Source: an uncultured Candidatus Saccharibacteria bacterium
GTDB lineage: Bacteria; Patescibacteriota; Minisyncoccia; Phycocordibacterales; JAACPR01
NCBI GenBank assembly: GCA_964401885.1
Contig: CAYOAC010000003.1
Location: 1-42,516 of the forward strand
Length of the DNA: 42,516 bases
Reading direction: 5' to 3'
Part shown: piece by piece, positions 7,463 through 16,524 of the stretch
How positions within the stretch are numbered: the stretch's first letter is position 1
Layout of the letters: the number at the start of each line of letters is the position of its first letter
Position numbers and translations under genes: made by a program
Notes under the pieces: generated by a model
What the model was told of the DNA's origin: nothing
The model's input: only the letters and a program-made list of their open reading frames with translations
Database searches by the model: none

Positions 7463-9241
7463 ATGTCAAAATACGTTGGTACTGAAGTTGCTGAACAAAT
7501 TCAACAACTTATGTTTGCAGAATTTGCAGATGATCCAAGGGAGCGTTTTTTACAGCAGGAACTTTCTCGCTATGTCCCTCAACTAGTTGGCTGGAATGAA
7601 CGGAAGGTTGCTGATTTTGTGAAATATCAAAGGGGTGTTTATCTCGAAAGAAGACTTCCGAATATGGGACGCCCCATTGCATCTTTGAATCCAACTTTTG
7701 TGGATTCGATTGATTCCATTCGTTTTGATTTGGAAGAAGGCAATTCTTATATTCGAGCATCTTTAAAGGAAAACGGATATCGCATGCAGCTTCATGTTGG
7801 AATTAGGGGTTCGACAGCATTTACACGTCAATTTACTCGATATGATTTGCGGATGTTTCCGGAACTCAAAAAGACATTGAGGAAATTGCCTGCCATGATT
7901 GGCGATGCTGAATTGGTGAATCGATATCATCCCCATCTTGCTGGTTTTAATCGAGTCCAATTGAGAATTCCAAATCAAAGCTATTGGCCTAAGCCTGGAA
8001 GCACAAAGTTGGAAGAGGATTTCCTTGCCGGATATCTGTCGAGTCCAACTTTATTTAATAACGGGCAATCTTTGAAAGACACTGAACTCACTTTGGTTTT
8101 TCATGGAATTTTTGCAATCGCACACCCGAGTACTTGGAATAAGTCCAGGAAGGTGCAGAAGGAAAATATGATTTCTTTTTGCAGACTTCCTATTGATTAT
8201 GAAAAAGTGGATGAAATTTTGGATCAACTTCATGATTTTATTCTAAAACATTCTTTGAACGCACGAGTTGTTGAAAGGGTGGTGGTCTCTACTCATGATC
8301 AATTGCAAATTTATGTTCAGCGCAATGAAGATTGTGGATATGAAGGAACTTGTGTTGTTCAGACGATTTGGGACAAGTCAGGAAATTTGATTGTCGGCCC
8401 TCGAAGTATCAAAATTAAAAGGTACGAAACTGTCGATTGTGCACTTCTTGGTTTGATTCTTGATCGAAGTGATGGAGGATTGGTAGAAGAAAATATCACC
8501 GGGGCTGTAGTTGGTCTTTACGATGAGATGCTTGGAGTTTATCTGCCTGTCGCAAAAGTTAATCTAGATCCTAACGGAGTTCAGATCAAAACTGCTGGGC
8601 AAAAAGAAAGACTCACAAAATTGCGATCTGAACTTGCTCTGATTGTTGGTACATGTGTTGATCCAGACAGAAAGATCTACACTCTCTTGGATGCATTTTT
8701 GATGCAAGGGAAACTCGTAGTCAAGTATATTTTTGGAGATGCTAAAGCCAAGGAGTTGGGTATTGATAAGGTTCTTGAAACAATGCCAGCTCGATCAAAT
8801 CTGATCGAGTTATGCGAGTTGTTTGATTCTGAAGAAGCTGCTTTTTGTGACGGTACAGCAAAACTGACAACTGTTCCCAAAAAGTTTGTTGCCGAGAATC
8901 TATCTTTTTTCCAAGCTGTAAAAGGTTTGGACAAAAAGGGAAAGAGAAGATTTTTCGGATACTTTTCTAAGATCAAACAAATCAAGATTACTTCGGCTAA
9001 ATTTGTTAAACCGCAAGTTGTGGTTGATACTACACAGCCAATTATTCTTGAGACTCAAGTCTTCGATATCAAATGGGGAGCATCTCCATTTGCGGCTGGA
9101 TTTCATTCGTGGTTTGCCAATTCTTTCCGTTTTAACAATTGTTTTGCTGAAAGAACTCGTCCAGACAAAAGTATTACAACCGATTATGCGACTGTGCATT
9201 CTCTCGCAAGAGTGAATTCGGTTAGAGTGGCTACTGTTTGA
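7463..9241 (+). CDS. ATP-dependent DNA/RNA ligase-like nucleotidyltransferase (divergent)
   Basis: Ordered covalent-nucleotidyltransferase motifs: I LKENGYRMQLH (KxNG in place of KxDG), III IGDAELV, IIIa LVFHGIFAI, IV EGTCVVQ, V SIKIKRY. Confidence 0.55.
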   Translation: MSKYVGTEVAEQIQQLMFAEFADDPRERFLQQELSRYVPQLVGWNERKVADFVKYQRGVYLERRLPNMGRPIASLNPTFVDSIDSIRFDLEEGNSYIRASLKENGYRMQLHVGIRGSTAFTRQFTRYDLRMFPELKKTLRKLPAMIGDAELVNRYHPHLAGFNRVQLRIPNQSYWPKPGSTKLEEDFLAGYLSSPTLFNNGQSLKDTELTLVFHGIFAIAHPSTWNKSRKVQKENMISFCRLPIDYEKVDEILDQLHDFILKHSLNARVVERVVVSTHDQLQIYVQRNEDCGYEGTCVVQTIWDKSGNLIVGPRSIKIKRYETVDCALLGLILDRSDGGLVEENITGAVVGLYDEMLGVYLPVAKVNLDPNGVQIKTAGQKERLTKLRSELALIVGTCVDPDRKIYTLLDAFLMQGKLVVKYIFGDAKAKELGIDKVLETMPARSNLIELCELFDSEEAAFCDGTAKLTTVPKKFVAENLSFFQAVKGLDKKGKRRFFGYFSKIKQIKITSAKFVKPQVVVDTTQPIILETQVFDIKWGASPFAAGFHSWFANSFRFNNCFAERTRPDKSITTDYATVHSLARVNSVRVATV

Positions 9242-9257
9242 AATTTGTTTTAAGCTG

Positions 9258-9286
9258 AGCCGGACCCAAAGGGTCCGGCTTTTTTA
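9258..9286 (+). terminator. intrinsic terminator
   Basis: AGCCGGACCC-aaa-GGGTCCGGCT followed by TTTTT. Confidence 0.85.
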
Positions 9287-9295
9287 TATATAAAA

Positions 9296-9323
9296 TTGAC
9301 ATTTATCATAAAAATGTTATTTT
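9296..9323 (+). promoter_or_regulatory. sigma70-type promoter, TTGACA-16-TATTTT with an upstream TG
   Basis: TTGACA at 9296-9301 and TGtTATTTT at 9315-9323. Confidence 0.5.
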
Positions 9324-9345
9324 CAAATTAAGAGAGATCTATAAA

Positions 9346-9960
9346 ATGAAATACGAATATCCGTTTTTGAGCGATGCAGAAAATCGCGAAAGTTTTTTTG
9401 CTAGAATAGCAAGGTATTATCCGAGGTCCGACTTTCGATATCAGTTGATTGAAAAAGCATACAATTGTGTCAAAGATGCTTTTAGAGGAAAGGAACGCGA
9501 AGGTGGCGAGAGATACTTTGAACACATTCGGGCGGTTGCACTTTTTCTGATTGTTTATTTGAGGGTAAAAGATTATCGACTTATTATCGCAGCTTTGTTG
9601 CATGATATTGTTGAAGACATTCCTTCTTGGACAATCGAACGCGTGAGATTGGAGTTTGGTTCCTATGTTGCGATGCTTGTTGAATATCTTAGCAAGCCAT
9701 CCGAAAAGGAATTTCCTGACAAGAAGGAAAGAAATCATGTCTATCATGGAAGATTCAAGTTTGCACCAAGAGATTTTTTCCTTGTCAAACTTTGTGACAG
9801 ACTTCACAACATTTTGACTCTTGTTTTTTGTTCCAAAGAGAAAAGAGATCGTAAAATCGAGGAGACTCGAATTCATTATCTTCCATATGCCGAAGAACAT
9901 CTTATCTTGTTGCATGAAATTGAAAGTGCAGTATCTGAGATTGAAAAACTGGTTGCTTGA
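9346..9960 (+). CDS. stand-alone RelA/SpoT-type HD hydrolase (small alarmone hydrolase/Mesh1-like)
   Basis: 204-aa ORF. GERYFEHIRAVALFL...AALLHDIVEDI is the HD motif of the (p)ppGpp hydrolase domain. There is no synthetase domain. Confidence 0.75.
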   Translation: MKYEYPFLSDAENRESFFARIARYYPRSDFRYQLIEKAYNCVKDAFRGKEREGGERYFEHIRAVALFLIVYLRVKDYRLIIAALLHDIVEDIPSWTIERVRLEFGSYVAMLVEYLSKPSEKEFPDKKERNHVYHGRFKFAPRDFFLVKLCDRLHNILTLVFCSKEKRDRKIEETRIHYLPYAEEHLILLHEIESAVSEIEKLVA

Positions 9961-9967
9961 GATTCAG

Positions 9968-9998
9968 CTGACGAACTATTTGGTTCGTCAGTTTTTTT
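9968..9998 (+). terminator. intrinsic terminator
   Basis: CTGACGAAC-tatttg-GTTCGTCAG followed by TTTTTTT. Confidence 0.8.
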
Positions 9999-10005
9999 AT
10001 TATAA

Positions 10006-10034
10006 TTGACATTTTTCAATTCAAAGACTAATCT
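10006..10034 (+). promoter_or_regulatory. sigma70-type promoter, TTGACA-17-TAATCT
   Basis: TTGACA at 10006-10011 and TAATCT at 10029-10034. Confidence 0.45.
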
Positions 10035-10069
10035 AGGTTTAGATTCAAAATCAAACAAGAAAGAAACCA

Positions 10070-10894
10070 ATGTACACACCAAAATCGCAACGTCCGTATA
10101 TCGGAATTACTGATTTTATGAGTAATGAACAGGTGCGTTTAATGCTCGAAATGTTTAGACGAAGTCGTCAACCTAATTCTGTTAGACGTCTTCATGTCGG
10201 TGTTATGATGAGTTTTAATACTCTTTATGCATGTGAAACCAAATGGTCAATGGCGTTTCCTACGAGAGAAAATGTCGTAGATATTTTTCAACCAGTTGAT
10301 GATACTCGATCTGATAAGTATCGTGATCTCATTGATGATATTATGTTTACTTTACATTATGTTGATTATCATGATCGACCGACTCTTTTTCAAGATTTGA
10401 TGCTTGCATTACAATATTCCGGTCCATTTGTCGATGCTTTGCAACTTGATATGACTTGGCCGGATCCTGCTGCGATATCAAATGCTTTACACGCTTCTAG
10501 AAAGAATTTGGAAATTATTCTCCAAATTGGAACACGCGCTTTTGATTTGGCAGATAATGACCCTGATAGAGTAGTTGAAAATCTTTATCCATATCAAACA
10601 TTCGTTACACATGTTTTACTCGATAAAAGTATGGGTAAAGGTCTTGGGATGGATGCGGAGGGTTTACTTCCATTTGCTCGGGCGATTCGTAAAGAATATC
10701 CAAATATGGGAATCGTTGTTGCCGGAGGATTAGGTCCAAATACTATATGTCTTGCAGAACCGTTCCTTGATGAATTTCCTGATATTAGTATCGATGCGCA
10801 GGGGAGACTTCGACCCAGCGGAAATCTGATGGACCCAATTGACTGGGAAATGGCCGGCGAATATCTGACCAAAGCCCTGATAATGTTTCGATGA
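10070..10894 (+). CDS. TIM-barrel protein resembling phosphoribosylanthranilate isomerase (TrpF-like)
   Basis: 274-aa ORF. HVLLDKSMGKGLGMDAEGLL...GIVVAGGLGPNTI...ISIDAQGRLR parallels the TrpF pattern LLD..GGTG..FDW..L...ILAGGL.P.NV...GVDVSSGVE. The N-terminus has YIGITD. Confidence 0.4.
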   Translation: MYTPKSQRPYIGITDFMSNEQVRLMLEMFRRSRQPNSVRRLHVGVMMSFNTLYACETKWSMAFPTRENVVDIFQPVDDTRSDKYRDLIDDIMFTLHYVDYHDRPTLFQDLMLALQYSGPFVDALQLDMTWPDPAAISNALHASRKNLEIILQIGTRAFDLADNDPDRVVENLYPYQTFVTHVLLDKSMGKGLGMDAEGLLPFARAIRKEYPNMGIVVAGGLGPNTICLAEPFLDEFPDISIDAQGRLRPSGNLMDPIDWEMAGEYLTKALIMFR

Positions 10895-10901
10895 TTTTAA
10901 C

Positions 10902-10941
10902 AAATCCTGTTTTGTAGCATTTGCTACGGAACAGGATTTTT
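10902..10941 (+). terminator. intrinsic terminator
   Basis: AAATCCTGTT...AACAGGATTT with an inner GTAGCA/TGCTAC pairing, followed by a T-run. Confidence 0.75.
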
Positions 10942-10994
10942 ATATTTAATTAACAGATAATTGACCAAAATTTTTTTTCGATATAGACTTCGAA

Positions 10995-11000
10995 TATAAT
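10995..11000 (+). promoter_or_regulatory. -10 box TATAAT 8 nt upstream of the ATG
   Basis: TATAAT at 10995-11000, ATG at 11009. Confidence 0.4.
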
Positions 11001-11008
11001 ACATCTTT

Positions 11009-11857
11009 ATGAAAATGAACTATAAAATATATGCACTTGGACCCGCTGGATCGAATGGTCATCAAGTAGCTACAATTGCACAAAAGTTAGATTTCAAGTC
11101 ACGCAATGTTGAAATTATTTTTTTACCTTCTCATGAACAAATTTTTAAAATGGTGATTGAGGGTGATGATTTGTGTTATGGATTAGTTCCAATTGAAAAC
11201 TCTACGAGCGGTCTTGTCTCAGATGTTATTGATTTTTGGTTAAACGATGAGAGAGCAAAATATCTAACAATTTTTCAAGAATATGAACTTCCTATTGATC
11301 ACAATTTATTGGCTAGAACTGGAGTAAGTATTGATGACTGTAAATATGCGTTATCGCATACACAAGCATTATCACAGTGTAGAAAAACTCTTCTTAAACT
11401 GAATCTCAAAACCAAAATTATGCCGAGCACTTCTTATGCTGCAAGATTTGTTTCTAAGAGTAAAAGTAAATTGACTGCGGTAGGTTCTAAATTTTTAGCT
11501 AAACAATATGATTTAAATATTTTAATTCCAAATATTTCTGACTATCCTTCAAATTCAACTAGATTTAATTTGATTTCAAAAAAACATAATTTTAAAAAAG
11601 GAAAAGGAAAAACATCTATAATTTTTAGATTAAAAAATAATTCAGGTAGTTTGGCTGAAGTATTGCTTCCACTTAAAAAATATAAAATTAATATGACTTC
11701 GATTCATTCTCTGTCTCTCGGCAAAATGGGGGAATTTGCTTTTTATTGTGAGATCGATATTAATATTAACGATAAATTTTATCCCGTAGCTTTAAAAGAA
11801 ATGAAATCTAAATGCTTGGAGTTGCGAGTTGTTGGTTCATTCTCTTGTATACACTAA
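11009..11857 (+). CDS. pheA: prephenate dehydratase (PDT plus ACT domains, no chorismate mutase domain)
   Basis: YALGPAGSNGHQVA, VPIENSTSGLV and NSTRF motifs. The C-terminal ACT-like segment is TSIIFRLKNNSGSLAEVLLPLKKYKINMTSIHS. Confidence 0.8.
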   Translation: MKMNYKIYALGPAGSNGHQVATIAQKLDFKSRNVEIIFLPSHEQIFKMVIEGDDLCYGLVPIENSTSGLVSDVIDFWLNDERAKYLTIFQEYELPIDHNLLARTGVSIDDCKYALSHTQALSQCRKTLLKLNLKTKIMPSTSYAARFVSKSKSKLTAVGSKFLAKQYDLNILIPNISDYPSNSTRFNLISKKHNFKKGKGKTSIIFRLKNNSGSLAEVLLPLKKYKINMTSIHSLSLGKMGEFAFYCEIDININDKFYPVALKEMKSKCLELRVVGSFSCIH

Positions 11858-11938
11858 AATAAGTCTAAATAAAAGATCTTTTTTATTTTAAATATCTTTT
11901 AATTACAAAAAAGGATCGTTTTGAGCCAATCACATAAT

Positions 11939-11948
11939 TGAGTATAAT
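11939..11948 (+). promoter_or_regulatory. -10 box TATAAT (TG two nt upstream) 8 nt upstream of the ATG
   Basis: TGagTATAAT at 11939-11948, ATG at 11957. Confidence 0.4.
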
Positions 11949-11956
11949 GAATCTTT

Positions 11957-12976
11957 ATGAAAGACATAAACTACAATAAAGTGAAAACAGCCAAAGACTG
12001 CTTGTCTGATATTGCTGTGCATACTTCAACTCGAAGAAATGAACAAACCATTAGAGCAAGTCAATTGCTTGATGAATATGTAAGAGATGAAACAAAGATA
12101 CTTCAATCAAGATCTTTTAGACGTCTTTCAAAGAAAGCTCAAATTGTTTCAAGAACACTAAATGCAAATATTAGAAATAGAGAAGTTCATACCTTAGAGG
12201 TTACAAGTATAGCTATTAGAATAGCTTATTATCTTGGTTTAAATGTAAATTTAACAAGAGCCATGTCTCTTGGTCATGATCTCGGGCATGTTCCTTTTGG
12301 TCATCAAGGAGAAAATTTTTTGGCAAAAAGAAGTGGAAGAGAATTTAATCATAGGATTATGGGTATTATAATTTGTCAAAAAATTGAAAGAGATGGAGAG
12401 GGATTGAATTTATGTAAAGAAACTCTTGATGGTATGTACTATCATTCTGGTCCAGAAAAAAATAATTCTATGACACAAGAAGCAAAGGTTCTTCATTATG
12501 CAGATAGAATTGCAAATGTTTTTGCTGATGCGAATGATTTTATAAGGTTAGGATACAAAGCCGAGGATTCTTTACAGGAAGCATTGGATTATTTTGGAGA
12601 GAAACAAAGAGATAGAGTCGATAGCGCAGTAGCTTCACTTTGTGAAGAATCCCAAAAAGAACATAAAGTAATTTTTGAAAATTCAGAAGATGCTAAAAAG
12701 TTTTTTGAATTAGAATCTTTAATGTATAAAGTATATCCAAATATTTCTCAACAAGATGTGAGTCCTTTACTTAATCCGATATATGATTTTTTTGAATCAA
12801 CAAAAGAAATTGATCCAATATTAGCAATTTCTCTTATGACCGATGATGACATTTTATTTCTATTATCAAAAGATAAGATGTCTTGGGAAGACATTAAACA
12901 AACTTCTCTAGGTGAGATATTACATGTAATAAAAGGATTAGAAATTGACTTGGACGACCCTGATTTAGATTGGTAA
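11957..12976 (+). CDS. dGTPase-like HD-domain dNTP triphosphohydrolase (short form)
   Basis: RSFRRLSKKAQIV...NREVHTLEVTSIAIRIA...LGHDLGHVPFGHQGE is the Dgt-family signature. Length is 339 aa. Confidence 0.75.
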   Translation: MKDINYNKVKTAKDCLSDIAVHTSTRRNEQTIRASQLLDEYVRDETKILQSRSFRRLSKKAQIVSRTLNANIRNREVHTLEVTSIAIRIAYYLGLNVNLTRAMSLGHDLGHVPFGHQGENFLAKRSGREFNHRIMGIIICQKIERDGEGLNLCKETLDGMYYHSGPEKNNSMTQEAKVLHYADRIANVFADANDFIRLGYKAEDSLQEALDYFGEKQRDRVDSAVASLCEESQKEHKVIFENSEDAKKFFELESLMYKVYPNISQQDVSPLLNPIYDFFESTKEIDPILAISLMTDDDILFLLSKDKMSWEDIKQTSLGEILHVIKGLEIDLDDPDLDW

Positions 12977-13021
12977 AACAATAAGATGGTTTTTAGATAG
13001 ATGGTACATAGCTTTGTTTTT

Positions 13022-13030
13022 TGTTAATAT
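13022..13030 (+). promoter_or_regulatory. extended -10 box (TGtTAATAT) 11 nt upstream of the ATG at 13042
   Basis: TG at 13022-13023 and TAATAT at 13025-13030. Confidence 0.35.
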
Positions 13031-13041
13031 TTATATATAAA

Positions 13042-15909
13042 ATGGAAGCAATGCCAAAAAATAATGAAAGAAACATTCCTAAATTAAAATTTGAAGATAT
13101 TTTTAGGGATAAAAACAAGGATTTCAAATCTGAAAATTTAGATTGGTCTTGGTTAGATAATCTATCGCCAGAACAGTTGGAAGAAGTTGAAATAAATTTA
13201 AGATTACTTTCGTATCTTAATGGTCATAAGGGTGCTGATTTGCGTAATATTTCTCAAAAAAGTTCTACTCCAGAAGCAAATCATTTGAACAGATTACTTG
13301 CCTGGTCCAAAGCAATGTCTTCTCAAGGATCTATTAGTGTTGAAATATTAAAACCTGCACCTGAATCTATTAGAAATATTGGAGAAAATGAACTGTATGA
13401 AAGAATATATTTTTTGGATAAAAATCCTGATACTTCAAGAGAAAATATTTCCAATCAGGTACAGGCAAAATTTGCTGAAGTTTTAAGGATTAAAAGTGAA
13501 AAGTGGATTGATTTGATAGATCCATTATTTGATAATCCAAAATTATTAAAAGATATAATCAATAATTTTGGACTTATACCTGAAGAAATTTTTACAAAGA
13601 AAAAATTCAAAAGCGTTGAACCTAATAAAATAATTTTCTTGATAAATGAATTGAGAAAGTTAGAAGATACAAATTTTAAAAATGAATCTTTAAGAGCAAG
13701 AGCACGATTAATTAATCATCTTTTTATTTCTAAAAGAGCTGAGACAATTAGATCAAAAGATAAAAAAAATGTTTCATTAGATACAAACGGAATTATTATC
13801 AGTATGCATAATTTTCATTCTCATTTACCTTACGGTTTGATTGACGATCTTATGATTGATGAATTGACTGTCGGTAATTGGTTAGATCAAAAAAGTGCTG
13901 ATGAAATAAAAATAATGCGGGCCTCTTCTAATAATTTACAAAGTGAAGTTCTAGATATTGTTTCTCAACAAGATAAAACTTTTTCAGAAGCTCTTAATTG
14001 TAAAAAAGAAGAATTCTTCACTCTTTTGAAAAACAAAGGTTCTAGAATTGTGGCAAGAAAGATTATCGAACAAGATTTAATCATTCCAATTAGTTGGCTT
14101 GATTCAGTACGGACATCAGAGGATTCTTTTTTAACTATTTCACTTGCCGAAGAAATCACTTCTGTATTAAGTGATGCCGAACCAAGATCTAGCTATAATC
14201 TTTCAGACTATTCTACAAGTGCTGTTGTATCTAAAGTTTTTGATGCCCAATCAAAAATAGTAAATAGTAAACATTATTACAATGTTTCAAGACTTATGAA
14301 TTGTTTCTTTTTAAATACTCCTGAATCATCTGTCGAAAATAAATACGCAGTTGTAAAAAGTGAATATAAAGTTTCAAATAAAGGAGATACTCAATCTTTT
14401 GTCGCTGCTATCCATGAAGATAAAATTGCTAGAGTTTTGATTAATGAAAGAAAACATGTTTCACCACAAATAAAAGATTCTTTCGGTAAAATACCTAGTT
14501 ATTCTAGGACAAATTATGAAAACTTAGAAGCATCTATGAATGTTTTTGACTCATTTGTTAATTCCTTGAACGCTATATCGTCTTTTTCAGAAACGAGTAC
14601 AGAGGGAATAGATGATAATTTAAGTACAACAAAAGAAGAACTATTAAAATATATTGAAAACTGTCTGCACTTTGTTCTCAATAATGTTTCTGATTATTAC
14701 AATCAGTCACTTGGAATTTATGAATCTATAAGATTAAGTCAAGAAGTCTCTTTAGATAAAGTTAATGAATTGACAACAATTTTATTAAAAGTAAAAGAAG
14801 TTTATTCTCAATTTCTATATAAAAATATTTTGGAACAAGATACATTTGAAAATCATTTTTCACCAGAAATAACTAAAGGTGAAATAAAATTTGGAGATGA
14901 ATTTTTGGCTGAAGTGCAAAAAGTATGCCCAGGTAATTTTGACGAAGGTTTAAGTGGTGCAGATTTTTCTGTTCGAGTGGTAAGTTTGAATTATAAATTA
15001 GAGGATCCTAGTCAGACTATTCCATTTCATATTGAAGAGAGTTGTTTGGATGCTCTAAGAATAAATAGACAACGCCCACTTTTAAATATTATTGGTGGAT
15101 GTAAACATCTTGATGGAGGGAAAAATCCGCTTGAGGTATTCAGTGATTCTGTGATGAATGTTGCTCACAAATATAAAGCTAATGTTGGAATACCTCAAAC
15201 TCAATCGGGAATAGGTATAAATTTTGGTTCAAAAAATATTGAATATGAAAGAAGGTTCGGTAGTTTGCCATTTGCAGAAAAAGCTCATTTTTTTACTATA
15301 AGTCCTGGCGGGAGTGTTTATTTTCCTGAAAATAAATTTTTAGAAAAAGATGGTAAGTCTTCTGTATATGCAAATACAACAGTAGATACTTTTATGACAC
15401 CTATTCCTGCAGAATGGAATAAAAAAGGTCGTGATAAATATACCTCTAAATACATAACTCATATCGCTTATATGGAAGCTTTGTATTCCAAGATGAGTAT
15501 TAATCAAAAACATATTATGGTAGTTGGTAATGGGGGACTATTTAGTATTATGGAAATTAACGAATCTCTTAAAAGAGGTGTTGAACTTCTATTGGTAAAA
15601 AATACCGGAAGATTTGCAGAAGCTGCTAGTATTCTAGTAGGTCATATTGATGAAATATTAAATTCTGAAACGATGGATCGCGAGATTTTAAATATTTTAA
15701 AAGAAAAAATGAACTCACAAAGTTTTGAAGAATTTTGTAAAAAAGATTTTGGATATGAAGAATCTCCTGAGAATGAAGATTACGAAGTTTATAGGGATTA
15801 CTTCAGAAATTTTTTATTGTTAGCTCAAAAAAATATAAAAGTGGTAAGAAGTACGGAATTGGAAAATTTGGAGCAGTCTTTGGATGATTTGTTGAAAGAA
15901 AAAAAGTAA
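13042..15909 (+). CDS. large protein with an uncharacterised ~650-aa helical N-terminal region and a C-terminal SLOG/LSDAT-like (TRPM-SLOG type) domain
   Basis: The C-terminal ~300 aa carry the SLOG Gly-rich series: LLNIIGGCKH, PQTQSGIGINFG, IMVVGNGGLFSIMEINE, LLLVKNTGRFAEAASIL (compare the VVxxGSGRxAD pattern of TRPM/LSDAT SLOG domains). Start is taken at the first ATG. Confidence 0.55.
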   Translation: MEAMPKNNERNIPKLKFEDIFRDKNKDFKSENLDWSWLDNLSPEQLEEVEINLRLLSYLNGHKGADLRNISQKSSTPEANHLNRLLAWSKAMSSQGSISVEILKPAPESIRNIGENELYERIYFLDKNPDTSRENISNQVQAKFAEVLRIKSEKWIDLIDPLFDNPKLLKDIINNFGLIPEEIFTKKKFKSVEPNKIIFLINELRKLEDTNFKNESLRARARLINHLFISKRAETIRSKDKKNVSLDTNGIIISMHNFHSHLPYGLIDDLMIDELTVGNWLDQKSADEIKIMRASSNNLQSEVLDIVSQQDKTFSEALNCKKEEFFTLLKNKGSRIVARKIIEQDLIIPISWLDSVRTSEDSFLTISLAEEITSVLSDAEPRSSYNLSDYSTSAVVSKVFDAQSKIVNSKHYYNVSRLMNCFFLNTPESSVENKYAVVKSEYKVSNKGDTQSFVAAIHEDKIARVLINERKHVSPQIKDSFGKIPSYSRTNYENLEASMNVFDSFVNSLNAISSFSETSTEGIDDNLSTTKEELLKYIENCLHFVLNNVSDYYNQSLGIYESIRLSQEVSLDKVNELTTILLKVKEVYSQFLYKNILEQDTFENHFSPEITKGEIKFGDEFLAEVQKVCPGNFDEGLSGADFSVRVVSLNYKLEDPSQTIPFHIEESCLDALRINRQRPLLNIIGGCKHLDGGKNPLEVFSDSVMNVAHKYKANVGIPQTQSGIGINFGSKNIEYERRFGSLPFAEKAHFFTISPGGSVYFPENKFLEKDGKSSVYANTTVDTFMTPIPAEWNKKGRDKYTSKYITHIAYMEALYSKMSINQKHIMVVGNGGLFSIMEINESLKRGVELLLVKNTGRFAEAASILVGHIDEILNSETMDREILNILKEKMNSQSFEEFCKKDFGYEESPENEDYEVYRDYFRNFLLLAQKNIKVVRSTELENLEQSLDDLLKEKK

Positions 15910-15917
15910 AAGTGAAA

Positions 15918-15954
15918 ACCGCTATACATCTGGTGTGATGCATAGCGGTGTTTA
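15918..15954 (+). terminator. intrinsic terminator after the SLOG-domain gene
   Basis: ACCGCTATaCATC-tggtgt-GATGcATAGCGGT followed by GTTTAT. Confidence 0.6.
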
Positions 15955-16016
15955 TCTGCTTGGGGCAGACAGTCTCACTCTCACCGAAAGCTAGTTCGGT
16001 AAAAATATGACTTTGC

Positions 16017-16042
16017 TTTTGTCTGCCCGTGGGCGGACAAAA
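16017..16042 (-). terminator. hairpin immediately downstream of the minus-strand gene 16045-16524
   Basis: TTTTGTCTGCC-cgtg-GGCGGACAAAA with one G-U pair. It begins 3 nt after the stop codon. Confidence 0.5.
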
Positions 16043-16044
16043 GC

Positions 16045-16524
16045 TTACGTGTTTTGGAGTTGTTCGATGCAGTACTCCACTGCTTCTTTTTCGGTTTTGA
16101 AAACCGGGGTTTCATGGCGTTTGGCCAACTCGAGCAGATATTCTCGAGCCCGATTGAGGTCTTTCAATTCACCTTTGGTGACGACGCTCCCTGCGATTTC
16201 GGCTCCGTCAGGAATATTATTGATGACGAGCACCACCTTTCGGCCTTTGATCACGTATTCCGTGACCTCGATCATCGCGGCAATTGCTCGGGTCTGTCCG
16301 TCAATGACGAACAAGAGCATTTCCGAAGCTTCCTTTTCGATGGCTTCGAATTCAGTCATACCCCCGACAATCCCTTGTCCCTTGAGTTCTTCGTCACGGA
16401 CGTTCCAATCTTCGACCTGGGGGTTGAAGAATTCGACGCCAGCAGCAATGAGCAGGGGAATGGCGACGATTTGGCGCCAGGTGGTGGGATTACAGGAACC
16501 TCCGAGGAACAGTTGTTTCTTCAT
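16045..16524 (-). CDS. nucleoside 2-deoxyribosyltransferase-like protein (Nuc_deoxyri_tr2-type N-glycosidase fold)
   Basis: 159-aa ORF. MKKQLFLGGSCNPTTWRQ...FFNPQVEDW and EASEMLLFVIDGQTRAIAAMIEVTEYVIKGRKVVLVI match the family pattern (GG...WR...NP...W, then a Glu-containing strand-helix). It is clearly GC-richer than its neighbours. Confidence 0.6.
   Translation of the reverse strand: MKKQLFLGGSCNPTTWRQIVAIPLLIAAGVEFFNPQVEDWNVRDEELKGQGIVGGMTEFEAIEKEASEMLLFVIDGQTRAIAAMIEVTEYVIKGRKVVLVINNIPDGAEIAGSVVTKGELKDLNRAREYLLELAKRHETPVFKTEKEAVEYCIEQLQNT

Noticed and set aside
9328-9915. 195-aa minus-strand ORF
   Set aside because: It is fully antisense to the HD hydrolase gene, which carries the HD motif, promoter and terminator. 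Its sequence has no recognisable domain.
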